NCBI GenBank assembly: GCA_013288945.1
Contig: JABDAZ010000011.1
Location: 626-64,625 of the forward strand
Reading direction: 5' to 3'
Source: Bacteroidota bacterium
Lineage (GTDB): Bacteria > Bacteroidota > Bacteroidia > Chitinophagales > Chitinophagaceae
DNA length: 64,000 nt
The translations under genes were made by a program, and so were the position numbers. The notes beneath the pieces were generated by a model. The model searched no databases. It was not told the origin of the DNA and saw nothing but the letters and a program-made list of their open reading frames with translations. Positions 21,842 to 31,609 of this stretch are shown here, piece by piece. Every line of letters begins with the position of its first letter. Within the stretch, counting starts at the first letter, position 1.

Positions 21842-23875
21842 TTACCAGATTTTTATTCTTGTACTATCTGGCTTAAACATTTTATCGCCTTCTTTAATAT
21901 TATAAGCATTATAAAACGGGCCGAAATTTTCCAGCGGGCCAAGCACGCGGAACATATCCGGCGAATGCGGATCGAGGTTTATTAATTGCTTTGCCATTTC
22001 ATCCTTATACTTGCTTCTCCACATTTCTGCAAATGATAAAAAGAATCGCTGGTCGGGCGTTAAGCCGTCAATTTTTGTAGTATCCTTTCCTTCTTTGGTT
22101 AATTTAAAAGCATCGTATGCAATGGTAATGCCGCCAAGATCTGCAATGTTTTCGCCATTAGTTAATGCACCATTTATATGAAATGTATCTATCGCAACAA
22201 AGCTGTTGTATTGATTAATAACCAATTTTGTTTTGGCAACAAACTTCAAGCTGTCTTCTTTGCTCCACCAATTTTTAAGGTTACCATCTTTATCATATTG
22301 CGCACCCTGATCATCAAAACCATGCGTCATTTCATGGCCGATAACCATTCCGATTGCGCCGTAATTAACAGCATCATCTGCATCAATATTAAAAAATGGC
22401 GGTTGCAAAATTCCTGCAGGAAAAACAATTTCATTATTGGTTGGATTGTAATAGGCATTAATAGTTGGCGGCGTCATTCCCCATTCGCTTCTGTCAACAG
22501 GTTTGCCAGCTTTTTTAATATTAATCTGGTATTCATTTTGATCGCATGCAATCCTGTTTTCGAAGTATGTATTTTTATTAATAATTACTTTGCTGTAATC
22601 TTTCCACTTGTCTGTGTACCCGATTTTTTTCAAAAACACATGCAGCTTTTCTTTCGATTTTGTTTTGGTGCTGTCACTCATCCAATCCAGTTTATTAATG
22701 CGCGCATCAAAAGCAGTTTGCAAATTATTTACAAGTTCAAGCATTCTTTTTTTAGCAGAATCCGTAAAGTATTCTTTTACATAAACCTGTCCCAATGCAT
22801 CGCCCAAACGCCCGTCTGTTGCGGCTACAATGCGGTTCCACCTTGGTTTCATCACTTGCTGTCCGCTTAATGCTTTTTCGTAATTGAATGATGCATTAAC
22901 AAAATCATTACTTAACCCACCAACATTAGTATTAATAGTATAAAATTGTAAATAAGTTTTCCAGGTATCAACTGGTGTACTTTTTAAAAGTTCATTTATT
23001 TTTTTGTAGAATTTTGGTTGCTGAACATTTACAGAATCCGGATGCAAGTCCATTGCAGCCAAAGTTGTTTTCCAAGCAAAAACCGGCATTTGTTTTTCTA
23101 ACTCTGCAACTGCTATTTTATGATAATTGCTTTGTGGATCACGCAGCTCAACATTTGTGCTGTGGCTTGTGGCAATATCTTTTTCAAGGTTATAAATTAC
23201 CATCATTTTTTTTGATGCATTAATAGAATCATCGCCCGTTAATGTAAACAGTTTTTGAATATAGGTTTGATAAGCACTGATAATTTTTAATGCAGCCGTA
23301 TCTTTTTTAAAATAATAATCCCTGTCTGGCAAACCCAAACCGCCTTGCGAAAAAGCAACGATATTCATCGCGCTGTTTTTATCATCTGCATTAACGCCTG
23401 CGTTAAATAAAATTGCTTTATTTTCTTTTTGTAAATCGGTAATATAATTCAACACTTCAGCTGTGTTTTTAATTGCAGCAATTTTTTGAAAGTAAGGTTT
23501 CAATGGTTCGTAGCCGCATTTATCAATGGTTGTTGAATCCATTCCCGATGCATAAAAATCAGCTACTTTTTGCTCAATGCTTCCGGCAGCATTATTTGTT
23601 TTTGAAATGCTGTCGAGCAACGCATGCAATTTATCCTGCGTGCTATAATATAAATCAGTAAAGCCACCAATGCTCGATTGTGAAGATGGGATTTGTGAGT
23701 TTTTAATCCAGGTTCCGTTTACATATAAATAAAAATTATCGCCTGGTTTTACAGACGAATCCATTGCAGAAACATCCAAAAATTTTTCGTTAGCATTTTT
23801 TGCGTGCGTGTTGCAGGCCGTTGTAAATATTAAGGCAACAGATACCGCAAAAAAATAAAAGGTATTTTTTTTCAT
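21842..23875 (-). CDS. M13 family metallopeptidase (PepO/neprilysin-like) lipoprotein
   Basis: NAYY, HEMTH, GENIAD and HSP motifs; lipobox TTAC after MKKNTF start. Confidence 0.93.
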   Translation of the reverse strand: MKKNTFYFFAVSVALIFTTACNTHAKNANEKFLDVSAMDSSVKPGDNFYLYVNGTWIKNSQIPSSQSSIGGFTDLYYSTQDKLHALLDSISKTNNAAGSIEQKVADFYASGMDSTTIDKCGYEPLKPYFQKIAAIKNTAEVLNYITDLQKENKAILFNAGVNADDKNSAMNIVAFSQGGLGLPDRDYYFKKDTAALKIISAYQTYIQKLFTLTGDDSINASKKMMVIYNLEKDIATSHSTNVELRDPQSNYHKIAVAELEKQMPVFAWKTTLAAMDLHPDSVNVQQPKFYKKINELLKSTPVDTWKTYLQFYTINTNVGGLSNDFVNASFNYEKALSGQQVMKPRWNRIVAATDGRLGDALGQVYVKEYFTDSAKKRMLELVNNLQTAFDARINKLDWMSDSTKTKSKEKLHVFLKKIGYTDKWKDYSKVIINKNTYFENRIACDQNEYQINIKKAGKPVDRSEWGMTPPTINAYYNPTNNEIVFPAGILQPPFFNIDADDAVNYGAIGMVIGHEMTHGFDDQGAQYDKDGNLKNWWSKEDSLKFVAKTKLVINQYNSFVAIDTFHINGALTNGENIADLGGITIAYDAFKLTKEGKDTTKIDGLTPDQRFFLSFAEMWRSKYKDEMAKQLINLDPHSPDMFRVLGPLENFGPFYNAYNIKEGDKMFKPDSTRIKIW

Positions 23876-23908
23876 AATAGCAGTTTTAGTTTTTTGAGGA
23901 ATGAATAT

Positions 23909-23941
23909 AAAAAAACTTCCCATGGTTGCGGGAAGTTTTTT
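23909..23941 (-). terminator. Intrinsic terminator after the pfkB-family kinase gene
   Basis: AAAAACTTCCC..GGGAAGTTTTT hairpin with A/T runs on both sides. Confidence 0.7.
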
Positions 23942-24001
23942 ATAAAAGGTAATGATTGATTATTAATAAATGATAAGAATAAAATTATTAATCGGCGTCA
24001 G

Positions 24002-24922
24002 TTATGCCAGTGCGATATCAAAATTTACAAGGTCAACAAACTCTTTTATTCTTATATCAATATCCTGTTTTTTTATTTCTCTTAATCGTTGCGTTCCGAA
24101 TTTTTCAACACAAAAACTTGCCATGGCAGAACCAACAATAATGGCTGTTTTCATATTATTAAAAGAGATGTCTTTTGTTTTTGCAAGATGCCCAATAAAG
24201 CCACCAGCAAAAGTATCGCCCGCGCCGGTTGGATCAAAAACTTCTTCCAACGGCAATGCTGGCGCAAAGAAAACTTCTTTATCATGAAACAATAATGCGC
24301 CGTGTTCGCCCTTCTTTATTATTAAATATTTCGGGCCCATTTTTGAGATGGCAGCAGCAGCTTTTACCAACGAATATTCGCCGCTTAATTGCCTTGCTTC
24401 GCTATCGTTTACCAACAACACATCAACTTTTGCAATTACTTTTTTCAAATCATCCAATGCAATATCCATCCAAAAATTCATCGTATCCATTGCAATTAGT
24501 TTTGGTTTTTTCTTTAACTGATCAATTACACTCAGCTGAACTGATGGCGCTAAATTTCCCAACATTAAAAACTCACAATCCTGGTAACTTTCCGGAACAA
24601 CTGGTTCAAATGTTCCCAACACATTTAATTCTGTTATTAATGTATCGCGCGTATTCATATCCATATGATAACGGCCGCTCCAATAAAAAGATTTTTCATC
24701 TTTCTTTATCTGCACGCCTTCCAAAGCCACGCCACGCGCGGATAATGCATTTAGTTCTTCCTGCGGAAAATCTCCGCCAACTACTGAAATTTGTTTTACC
24801 GGGGTAAAATTACTTGCGCACCAGGCAATGTACGTCGCTGCGCCGCCAACTATTTTATCGCTTTTTCCAAAAGGCGTTTCAATATCATCAAACGCCATTG
24901 AGCCAACTACAATTAAAGACAT
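24002..24922 (-). CDS. PfkB family carbohydrate/nucleoside kinase
   Basis: GGAATY and DPTGAGDTFAGGF PfkB signature. Confidence 0.92.
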   Translation of the reverse strand: MSLIVVGSMAFDDIETPFGKSDKIVGGAATYIAWCASNFTPVKQISVVGGDFPQEELNALSARGVALEGVQIKKDEKSFYWSGRYHMDMNTRDTLITELNVLGTFEPVVPESYQDCEFLMLGNLAPSVQLSVIDQLKKKPKLIAMDTMNFWMDIALDDLKKVIAKVDVLLVNDSEARQLSGEYSLVKAAAAISKMGPKYLIIKKGEHGALLFHDKEVFFAPALPLEEVFDPTGAGDTFAGGFIGHLAKTKDISFNNMKTAIIVGSAMASFCVEKFGTQRLREIKKQDIDIRIKEFVDLVNFDIALA

Positions 24923-24950
24923 AGTGTAAATATTTTTTTATAAAACCGCA

Positions 24951-24958
24951 CAAACGTA
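24951..24958 (-). promoter_or_regulatory. Bacteroidota -7 promoter box for the pfkB-family gene
   Basis: TACGTTTG matches TAnnTTTG, 28 nt before the ATG. Confidence 0.55.
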
Positions 24959-25155
24959 CATGAATTTTAACGGATGCAAAACTCTTATTCAATTTGAAAA
25001 ATATCAAGATTATGAAAGATTTGAATTAATGTATAACTGCCTTGTCCTTCGGCTAAAAAATAATAAAATTAAGACCGATAAAAATTCAAGTTTAATTGAT
25101 AAAAAATTTAGCACTTTTTTTTGTAAAATTCGTAGCTATTTTACTCAAATAGATA

Positions 25156-25163
25156 TATATTTG
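25156..25163 (+). promoter_or_regulatory. -7 promoter box for the putative small RNA
   Basis: TATATTTG matches TAnnTTTG; no plus-strand CDS follows. Confidence 0.6.
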
Positions 25164-25169
25164 CACCGA

Positions 25170-25254
25170 ACCAGTAAACATCCGAATGGATTGTAGCTGG
25201 TGGTTAACCAAGTATATAATATTATGACCGCTATATTTATATAGCGGTTTTTTT
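25170..25254 (+). ncRNA. Putative DUF3800-associated small RNA (~85 nt)
   Basis: Hairpin ACCAGT..ACATCC-GAAT-GGATTGT.GCTGGT (25170-25201); terminator ACCGCTATAT/ATATAGCGGT (25227-25248) with U-run only on the plus strand. Confidence 0.6.
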
Positions 25255-26041
25255 ATGGGTAACAAACAATACCGTATGCGTTTTTTCTGCTTGCTTTAAG
25301 ATTTAAAATTGGTTTCAATTTATCCAACAACTTAATTTCATCCCCATAATTCAAAACGTTTAATATTCGTTTATTCCATGTATCATTGGGACTACAAAGA
25401 TTGCGTTTAGCATATAAGCTGATTATAAAACATAACATATCTGCTAATTGTATAAAATAAGATTCTGATGATTTTTTTGGCATAGGATCTTCAATTAAGT
25501 TTTTTATTTCTTTTCGATAGCTATCATTAGAAAATTGTGATGGTATATAATTTATTTTTTGAATCATCCGAGTTGTTTGTCGCATTTTTGAGATTCGGCC
25601 TTCGTCTGTAATTATCATAAATTTAGCATCTGCTCTTAGATAGTTTAAATCATTCTCAATCCTCTGCACATTATAAGTAAGTGCATTTTTTAAAACATCA
25701 TAAGAATCTCTGTTGATATTTTTTTTATTAATAACGACATTAATTGCTTTTAGATCTAAACTGCTCAACAAGACACAAAATGAATAAATAATTTGCCTTC
25801 TTTGGTAAGGTGTAAACATACCGTGAAAAGGATTTTTATCTGAAACAAATTCTTTTGAATGCATTTCAAATTTAATTGGAAAGTTATATTTTTCTTTAAT
25901 GTATTTTCTGTGATTAACTATTTTCGTATAGTTCTCTTTCCAAACTGATTCATGAAAATATAAACTTGTTAATACAAAAAAATTAGAAGATGTCAGAGGA
26001 TAGCCATCATCACCACTTTCATCAAAATAAGATAAATACAT
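25253..26041 (-). CDS. DUF3800 family protein (RNase H-like fold putative nuclease)
   Basis: N-terminal YFDESG, central DEG and QR, C-terminal IQLAD motifs; visibly AT-richer than neighbours. Confidence 0.85.
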   Translation of the reverse strand: MYLSYFDESGDDGYPLTSSNFFVLTSLYFHESVWKENYTKIVNHRKYIKEKYNFPIKFEMHSKEFVSDKNPFHGMFTPYQRRQIIYSFCVLLSSLDLKAINVVINKKNINRDSYDVLKNALTYNVQRIENDLNYLRADAKFMIITDEGRISKMRQTTRMIQKINYIPSQFSNDSYRKEIKNLIEDPMPKKSSESYFIQLADMLCFIISLYAKRNLCSPNDTWNKRILNVLNYGDEIKLLDKLKPILNLKASRKNAYGIVCYP

Positions 26042-26121
26042 AATTTGGATAATTTAGGAAACATAAAAATATGTATTTGTACTTTTTGTCCCTAATACTT
26101 TATAATTGCAAACATCGCTAT

Positions 26122-26135
26122 CTAACAGTTGTTAG
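26122..26135. promoter_or_regulatory. Putative TetR operator
   Basis: Perfect IR CTAACA-GT-TGTTAG just upstream of a TATTTTTG -7 box (26143-26150) and the TetR ATG. Confidence 0.6.
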
Positions 26136-26159
26136 TTTTGATTATTTTTGTTGCCCGTT

Positions 26160-26750
26160 ATGGCAAAAATCCGCATTAAAAAAAATACTACAAAAAAAGA
26201 AGTTATTATAGAAAAAGCCGCAAAGCTGTTTCGGGAGAAAGGCTTTGGTGCCGCTTCTATGCGGGATTTGGCGGAAGTGGTTGGCGTGGAAGCTGCGAGT
26301 TTATATAACCACATCCAATCCAAATCAGAAATTTTACAGGCGATATGTTTTAAGGTTGCCAATGAATTTATTTCTCACCTGGAAGCTGTAGAAAGAAGCA
26401 ATGATTCTACTTTAAAAAAAATGGAAATCATTATCCGTTTTCACATTAAGATGATGCTGGAACAATATGAATATGTTTATATTTCTGATCACGAATGGCG
26501 CCATTTGCCAGAACCTTATTTATCAAATTTTTTAAACCAGCGTAGAAGTTACCGCAAACGTTTAAGCGATATTATTGAACAAGGAATTGCCAAAAATGAA
26601 ATGAAAAACATTGAACCATACGTTGCGGTATTAACCATTCTTTCTGCAATCAGCGGAATAGAATCCTGGCAACGCTCCCGCAAAACAACCAGCGCCGAAA
26701 CGCTGGAAGCCAGCATGGTTAAGTATTTGATTGAAGGATTGAAAAAATGA
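26160..26750 (+). CDS. TetR/AcrR family regulator (PaaR/KstR2-like)
   Basis: AAKLFREKGF..SMRDLAEVVGVEAASLYNH HTH. Confidence 0.92.
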   Translation: MAKIRIKKNTTKKEVIIEKAAKLFREKGFGAASMRDLAEVVGVEAASLYNHIQSKSEILQAICFKVANEFISHLEAVERSNDSTLKKMEIIIRFHIKMMLEQYEYVYISDHEWRHLPEPYLSNFLNQRRSYRKRLSDIIEQGIAKNEMKNIEPYVAVLTILSAISGIESWQRSRKTTSAETLEASMVKYLIEGLKK

Positions 26751-26773
26751 TTTTAAAATATTAATAAAAAAAA

Positions 26774-26831
26774 GTTGATGGTTCATTATTCAACAAAAAA
26801 ATTTATGAGCCGTTAACTAAGAACCATCAAC
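26774..26831. repeat. Inverted repeat between convergent TetR and porin genes
   Basis: Perfect 11-bp IR GTTGATGGTTC / GAACCATCAAC. Confidence 0.6.
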
Positions 26832-26859
26832 CATTAAATCATTAATAACTAGCAAAATA

Positions 26860-27462
26860 TTATTTCATTTGAAATGCATAAAACAAACCAACAGTAAACA
26901 CCCTGTTTTTTAATGTTCCGCCGGAAATATCTTTATTATTAATAGCTCCTAATCCCAATGCGTAACGTGCATTAATGCCGAGTCCCGGCACATATTTTTC
27001 CAGTTTATAACCGAGGCCAAAATCCCAGCTAAAATCTACAGATTTATAATATTGCTTAATACTTTCAGAAGGATAACCTTGTGCAGCTTCTGTAATAGAC
27101 AGCAAAAAGCCAACCTGAGGGCCGGTTTCTGCATAAATTTTAACCGGGCTTATGTATTGAAATAATACAGGAACATTTAAAAAATCTGTTTTAATATTAT
27201 CGTAAGAATCAGAACTCAAAATTTTTCCTTTTTCGCCTTCGGCAGAATATAAAACTTCAATTTGAGCAGCAAACTGATCGGATATTTTATAGTTTGCAAA
27301 AGCACCCGCATTAAAGCGAACCACTGAACCATATGAGTAATCAGCAGTGTTGGAAATTTTAAGTTTGGCAATATTCAAACCAGCTTTTGGTCCGAAAGAA
27401 AATTGCGCATTTGCGCCGCAAAAAATAATTGATAATGCAGAAAGGATGATTAACTTTTTCAT
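26860..27462 (-). CDS. PorT/OMP beta-barrel family outer-membrane protein
   Basis: Signal peptide, FGPKAGLN, LNVPVL and GPQVGFL motifs, aromatic C-terminal strand. Confidence 0.85.
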   Translation of the reverse strand: MKKLIILSALSIIFCGANAQFSFGPKAGLNIAKLKISNTADYSYGSVVRFNAGAFANYKISDQFAAQIEVLYSAEGEKGKILSSDSYDNIKTDFLNVPVLFQYISPVKIYAETGPQVGFLLSITEAAQGYPSESIKQYYKSVDFSWDFGLGYKLEKYVPGLGINARYALGLGAINNKDISGGTLKNRVFTVGLFYAFQMK

Positions 27463-27617
27463 AAATCTTTTTATTGAGTTGAATAGAATTGAAGGCATAA
27501 AGTTTTAATTATTATGCCTTGCAAACAATACCCAATGCACGGTATTTTTCTTCTCAAAAAAATAGCATGCACATTAATAAAATATGCATGCTATAAAAAA
27601 TATTAATAAAAAAATTA

Positions 27618-29087
27618 TTACAAAACGAACGTTGCTATCGAATGTGGCAGCGCAGTTACATCTGCTGCTTTGCCTGCAATCCATAATTTATATGCAATCT
27701 TTTTTTCTGTCTGGTTCATTACAACCACAACCAATTTTCCATCTTCATTAATAAATGCTGTTGTTAAAAAAGGGCTACGGCTTGCAGCGCTGATAACACG
27801 CTTTGCACCCGGGCGAATAAATTTTGAAAAATGCCCGATATAATAATATGAATTTGTATAAATCAACTGTCCTGTTTTGGTATCAGTATGTATTGGCGCA
27901 TAGCAAAAATTGCCAACATGGTTTGGCCCGCCGGTTTCATCAAGTAACACATTCCAATCCGTCCAGCCAACAGTTCCATTATTAAAATCATTAATCATAG
28001 AGCGGCCATATCTTTCGCCAAGGCGCCAGTTTTTTATGCTGTCAAATTTGAAATGATCATTACAACCTTCTGTAAAAATTAAATTTTTATCAGGAAAACT
28101 TTCATGCACTTTTCCAACATTTTCAAACACCTGCGTGCCGCCGCTCCAATCTTCATACCAATGAAAACCCACGCCCCATGCATATTTCGCAGCATCAGGA
28201 TCATTCAAAATAGTGCTCGCCTGCTGAAATATTAAATCGCGGTTATGATCCCACACAATTATTTTTTTATCACCCAAACCTTCTTTTTGTAATGTCGGCC
28301 CCAAATTATTTTTCAAAAAATTTCTTTCATCATCTGCACTGTACACACACGATTCCCATTTTTGCGTAGCCATAGGTTCGTTCTGAATTGTTGTTCCCCA
28401 AATCGGCATTCCTTCTGCTTCATAAGCTTTAATAAATTTCACATAATAATTTGCCCATGTTTGATAATAATCTGGTTTCAATTTGCCACCATGCAAAATA
28501 TCATTGTTGGTTTTCATCCACGCTGGCGGGCTCCACGGACTGCAAAACATCGTGAGCTTGCCACCAGCTGCAGCAATAGCTTGCTTAATAAATGGAATGC
28601 GGAATTTCCTATCATGATCAATATTAAAACTGTTTAATGACGAATCATTATCCTTCACATAAGTGTATGTATCGCTGCTAAAATCGCAACTATGAATTTG
28701 TGTTCTTGCAAGCGTATAGCCAATTCCTTTTTGCGTATCGTAGTAAGCGCTCAAAAATTCCTGCTGTTTTTCTTTTGATAATTTGGCAAAAGTTTCTGCC
28801 GATGCATCCGTTAATGCGCCACCAATTCCAAGTATGGTTTGAAATGTTTTTGTCGGGTCAACAAACACACAAACATCTGTTTCCAAAGGTTGCGGCAAAT
28901 CTTTAAACGATAAACTATCAGTAACAGTTAAGCGAAGATTGCTGCTGTCGGCCGTTGTATAAACAATGCCTTTTTTTCCATCGACAGAAAATGAATTGGC
29001 GTTTTTACTTGTTGACGGAGTTTTATCTGCCGGCTGGTTGCATGCAAATGCAGCAATGGTTATTAATGCGAGAATTGTTTTTTTCAT
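27618..29087 (-). CDS. GH30 glycoside hydrolase lipoprotein (glucosylceramidase-like)
   Basis: SPWSPPAWMK, QNEP acid/base, FTEGC nucleophile, lipobox AFAC. Confidence 0.92.
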   Translation of the reverse strand: MKKTILALITIAAFACNQPADKTPSTSKNANSFSVDGKKGIVYTTADSSNLRLTVTDSLSFKDLPQPLETDVCVFVDPTKTFQTILGIGGALTDASAETFAKLSKEKQQEFLSAYYDTQKGIGYTLARTQIHSCDFSSDTYTYVKDNDSSLNSFNIDHDRKFRIPFIKQAIAAAGGKLTMFCSPWSPPAWMKTNNDILHGGKLKPDYYQTWANYYVKFIKAYEAEGMPIWGTTIQNEPMATQKWESCVYSADDERNFLKNNLGPTLQKEGLGDKKIIVWDHNRDLIFQQASTILNDPDAAKYAWGVGFHWYEDWSGGTQVFENVGKVHESFPDKNLIFTEGCNDHFKFDSIKNWRLGERYGRSMINDFNNGTVGWTDWNVLLDETGGPNHVGNFCYAPIHTDTKTGQLIYTNSYYYIGHFSKFIRPGAKRVISAASRSPFLTTAFINEDGKLVVVVMNQTEKKIAYKLWIAGKAADVTALPHSIATFVL

Positions 29088-29117
29088 ATAGCAGTTTTTT
29101 TTAAAAAATTTTTTTAT

Positions 29118-29192
29118 TATTAACCCAACTATAAATCTTTATTCATCTTCATTGGCGTCGCACTCTTGTACAGTTGATTCTTTATTGAGCGA
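29118..29192 (-). repeat. Dispersed ~75-nt element, copy 4
   Basis: Minus strand GCTCAATAAAGAATCAACTGTACAAGAGTGCGACGCCAATGAAGATG...GTTGGGTTAA. Confidence 0.9.
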
Positions 29193-29283
29193 TTAATGTT
29201 TATAATTTTTACTTTTATTTTTTTACTTTTTAATGTTATTAATGTGCGCCAAAATTTTAAAAAGTAGCGCACATTAATAAAAA

Positions 29284-30741
29284 TTAATTCCAGATAAACG
29301 TACCAACGGCACCTGCATTTAACGATGGAGAAACCCATTTGCCATTAATGCGTATATTAAACGAAGCTGTTGTTATTCCATCATTTTCTACAATCAAAAC
29401 TTTTTGTCCCGTTGGTGTTTTGAATGCAACATTATTTAAACTTCCGGAAATATTACTTGCAATGCGCACCGAACCGGCAGGCACAAATTTAGAAGCATGC
29501 GCAACAATATAGTAAGAAACATTTCTTGTAACAGAAGATCCATTAACCGTTATTGCGCCTTTACAAGTTGTGCAGCCGCCGGGCGTATTTGGACCAAAAG
29601 ATGTGTTGGTTGCCATATTCCATTCCAGCGCATTGCGGCTCCAATTGCGGGTTGAGCCGATAATTACATTTTTTAAATGCCAGTCTAAATCGCCACCAAA
29701 ATTTCCTGTTGTTGCAGTGTATTGTTCTGTAAAATACAATTGCTTATCAGGAAAAGCAGTGTGCACCTGCGACAATGCGCTGATATCGCCAGCATATAAA
29801 TGAAACGCAGAACCGTTTACAAAAGCATTTGCGGCTGCATCGCTCAAAACAGAATCAGGATATGAAGGTTGATCGCAATTGTGATCATACACTATAATTT
29901 TTGTTGTTAATCCCGCAGTTTGAAACGCAGGCCCAAGGCTGTTCTTAATAAAATTTGTTTCTTCCGACGCACTCATAGAAAGGCTTGGGTTATTGGCGGG
30001 GTTTAATGGTTCATTTTGCGGCGTTACGGCATCAATAGTAATACCATTTGCCTTCATCTGCTGAATATATTTTACAAAATAATTTGCGTAAATACTGTAG
30101 TAGTTCGTTAATAATTTTCCGCCAACAGAACTGTTGTTGCTCTTCATCCATAATGGCGGGCTCCATGGTGTTGCAATAATTTTTATTGATGGATTAATAG
30201 CAACAATTTGTTTAAGCAACGGAATTAAATCAATACTGTCGACACCAAAATTAAATTGAGACAATGTCGTATCGCCGGCAACATCATCATAACTGAAAAC
30301 GGTTGCATCCATATCCGAAGCGCCAATGCTTAAACGCAAATAACTTACGCCGATGGAAGTGCTGTCGCTGCCAAATAATTCTTTAAGCAAACTTGCTTTT
30401 GCAGTTGTATTCATTTGATCAATTACATAAGCGCCGCCGCCGGTAAATGTGTATCCAAAGCCATCAATGGTTTGTAAAATTTGCGTGGTATCAACATCAA
30501 TAAATGCGTTTGAATTACTTGTGGTGCCAAATGAAAGTACGGTTGATTGTTTTTTTAATAATGATAATTGATCGCTTGTGGTTAGCCAGAAAGCAACATC
30601 GTTTGTTCCCGTGGTTGCGGGCGGCGTGATTGGTGGCACCGTTCCGCTGGTTGATTTTTTTGAGCAGGAAAAAAGAAATAATGAGAATAGTATTAATGAA
30701 CTCAAAAAGAATTTGCCGGTGATTGTGTTGTATGTTTTCAT
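29284..30741 (-). CDS. GH30 glycoside hydrolase lipoprotein (endo-beta-1,6-glucanase-like)
   Basis: TPWSPPLWMK, QNEP, YFTEQ, GPNTPGGCTTC; lipobox LFSC. Confidence 0.9.
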   Translation of the reverse strand: MKTYNTITGKFFLSSLILFSLFLFSCSKKSTSGTVPPITPPATTGTNDVAFWLTTSDQLSLLKKQSTVLSFGTTSNSNAFIDVDTTQILQTIDGFGYTFTGGGAYVIDQMNTTAKASLLKELFGSDSTSIGVSYLRLSIGASDMDATVFSYDDVAGDTTLSQFNFGVDSIDLIPLLKQIVAINPSIKIIATPWSPPLWMKSNNSSVGGKLLTNYYSIYANYFVKYIQQMKANGITIDAVTPQNEPLNPANNPSLSMSASEETNFIKNSLGPAFQTAGLTTKIIVYDHNCDQPSYPDSVLSDAAANAFVNGSAFHLYAGDISALSQVHTAFPDKQLYFTEQYTATTGNFGGDLDWHLKNVIIGSTRNWSRNALEWNMATNTSFGPNTPGGCTTCKGAITVNGSSVTRNVSYYIVAHASKFVPAGSVRIASNISGSLNNVAFKTPTGQKVLIVENDGITTASFNIRINGKWVSPSLNAGAVGTFIWN

Positions 30742-30914
30742 ATTTCAATAATCGTTTAAAATAAATGCGTTTATTTTCGGACAGTAAAACTATTCAATAC
30801 TTTTCAAAACAACGAATATGGAATTTGTTATTAATGACTGGTAAAGAAGCGGGTTTTGATTTTATATTATTTCATTAATGTTACCTTGTAATTGGCGATT
30901 AATAATTTTTTGCA

Positions 30915-30992
30915 TTTGCTGAATAAAGAACAAAAAGTACAAGAGTGCGACGCCAATGAAGATGAGTAGTAATTCAAATGCCGGGTTCAAAA
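30915..30992 (+). repeat. Dispersed ~75-nt element, copy 5
   Basis: TTTGCTGAATAAAGAACAAAAAGTACAAGAGTGCGACGCCAATGAAG...GCCGGGTTCAAAA. Confidence 0.9.
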
Positions 30993-31113
30993 AAAAATAA
31001 AATTATAGATTAATGGCTGCGCAATTTTTGTAAGCGATAATTGCCAAGCTGATGAATTGTTTGATAAATAAAATCATGATTGTTTATTAATAAAGGAAAA
31101 TAAAAATCAGTTT

Positions 31114-31536
31114 ATGAATGATGCCGATTTACTGGCCAATAAAGTGGTTAATAAGATAATGGAGCTTGATAATTTCAGCAAATGGATGGGCGTGGAAGTG
31201 ATTGAAATAAAAGACGGTTACAGCAAAATTAAAATGCCTGTGCGTGCGGAAATGCTGAATGGGTTTGGGATTGCGCATGGCGGCGTTACTTTTTCTTTTG
31301 CAGATACTGCGTTTGCTTTTGCCTGCAACAGCGATGGAAAAGTGGCGCTGGCGCTGGATATTTCTATTTCTTTTCCGAAAGCTGTGATGGAAAATGATGT
31401 ATTATTTGCCGAAGCAAAATTGATTAATAAAACAAAACGCACGGGCTTGTATTTAATAGAAGTAAAAAACCAGGATAATGAGTTGGTCGCGCTGCTTAAA
31501 GGCACTTGCTATAAAACAAAAAAGGATTTATTATAA
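31114..31536 (+). CDS. paaI: PaaI family hotdog-fold thioesterase
   Basis: MLNGFGIAHGGVTFSFADTAFAFACNS motif. Confidence 0.85.
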   Translation: MNDADLLANKVVNKIMELDNFSKWMGVEVIEIKDGYSKIKMPVRAEMLNGFGIAHGGVTFSFADTAFAFACNSDGKVALALDISISFPKAVMENDVLFAEAKLINKTKRTGLYLIEVKNQDNELVALLKGTCYKTKKDLL

Positions 31537-31577
31537 TTGATCGCGCGCACTATCTTTACAAATTATTAATAAAGCAA

Positions 31578-31609
31578 TTGCTATATACGGATTTAAATGA
31601 GTATCTTTG
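31578..31609 (+). promoter_or_regulatory. Bacteroidota primary-sigma promoter for the RRM gene
   Basis: TTG (31578-80), 21-nt spacer, TATCTTTG (31602-09). Confidence 0.65.

Noticed and set aside
22178-24807. Long plus-strand ORFs (230 aa and 192 aa) antisense to the M13 peptidase and pfkB genes
   Set aside because: Antisense shadows of well-supported genes, with no recognisable motifs
24960-25196. 78-aa ORF as a protein partner for DUF3800
   Set aside because: Low-complexity AT-rich translation overlapping the sRNA promoter and hairpin; no recognisable family
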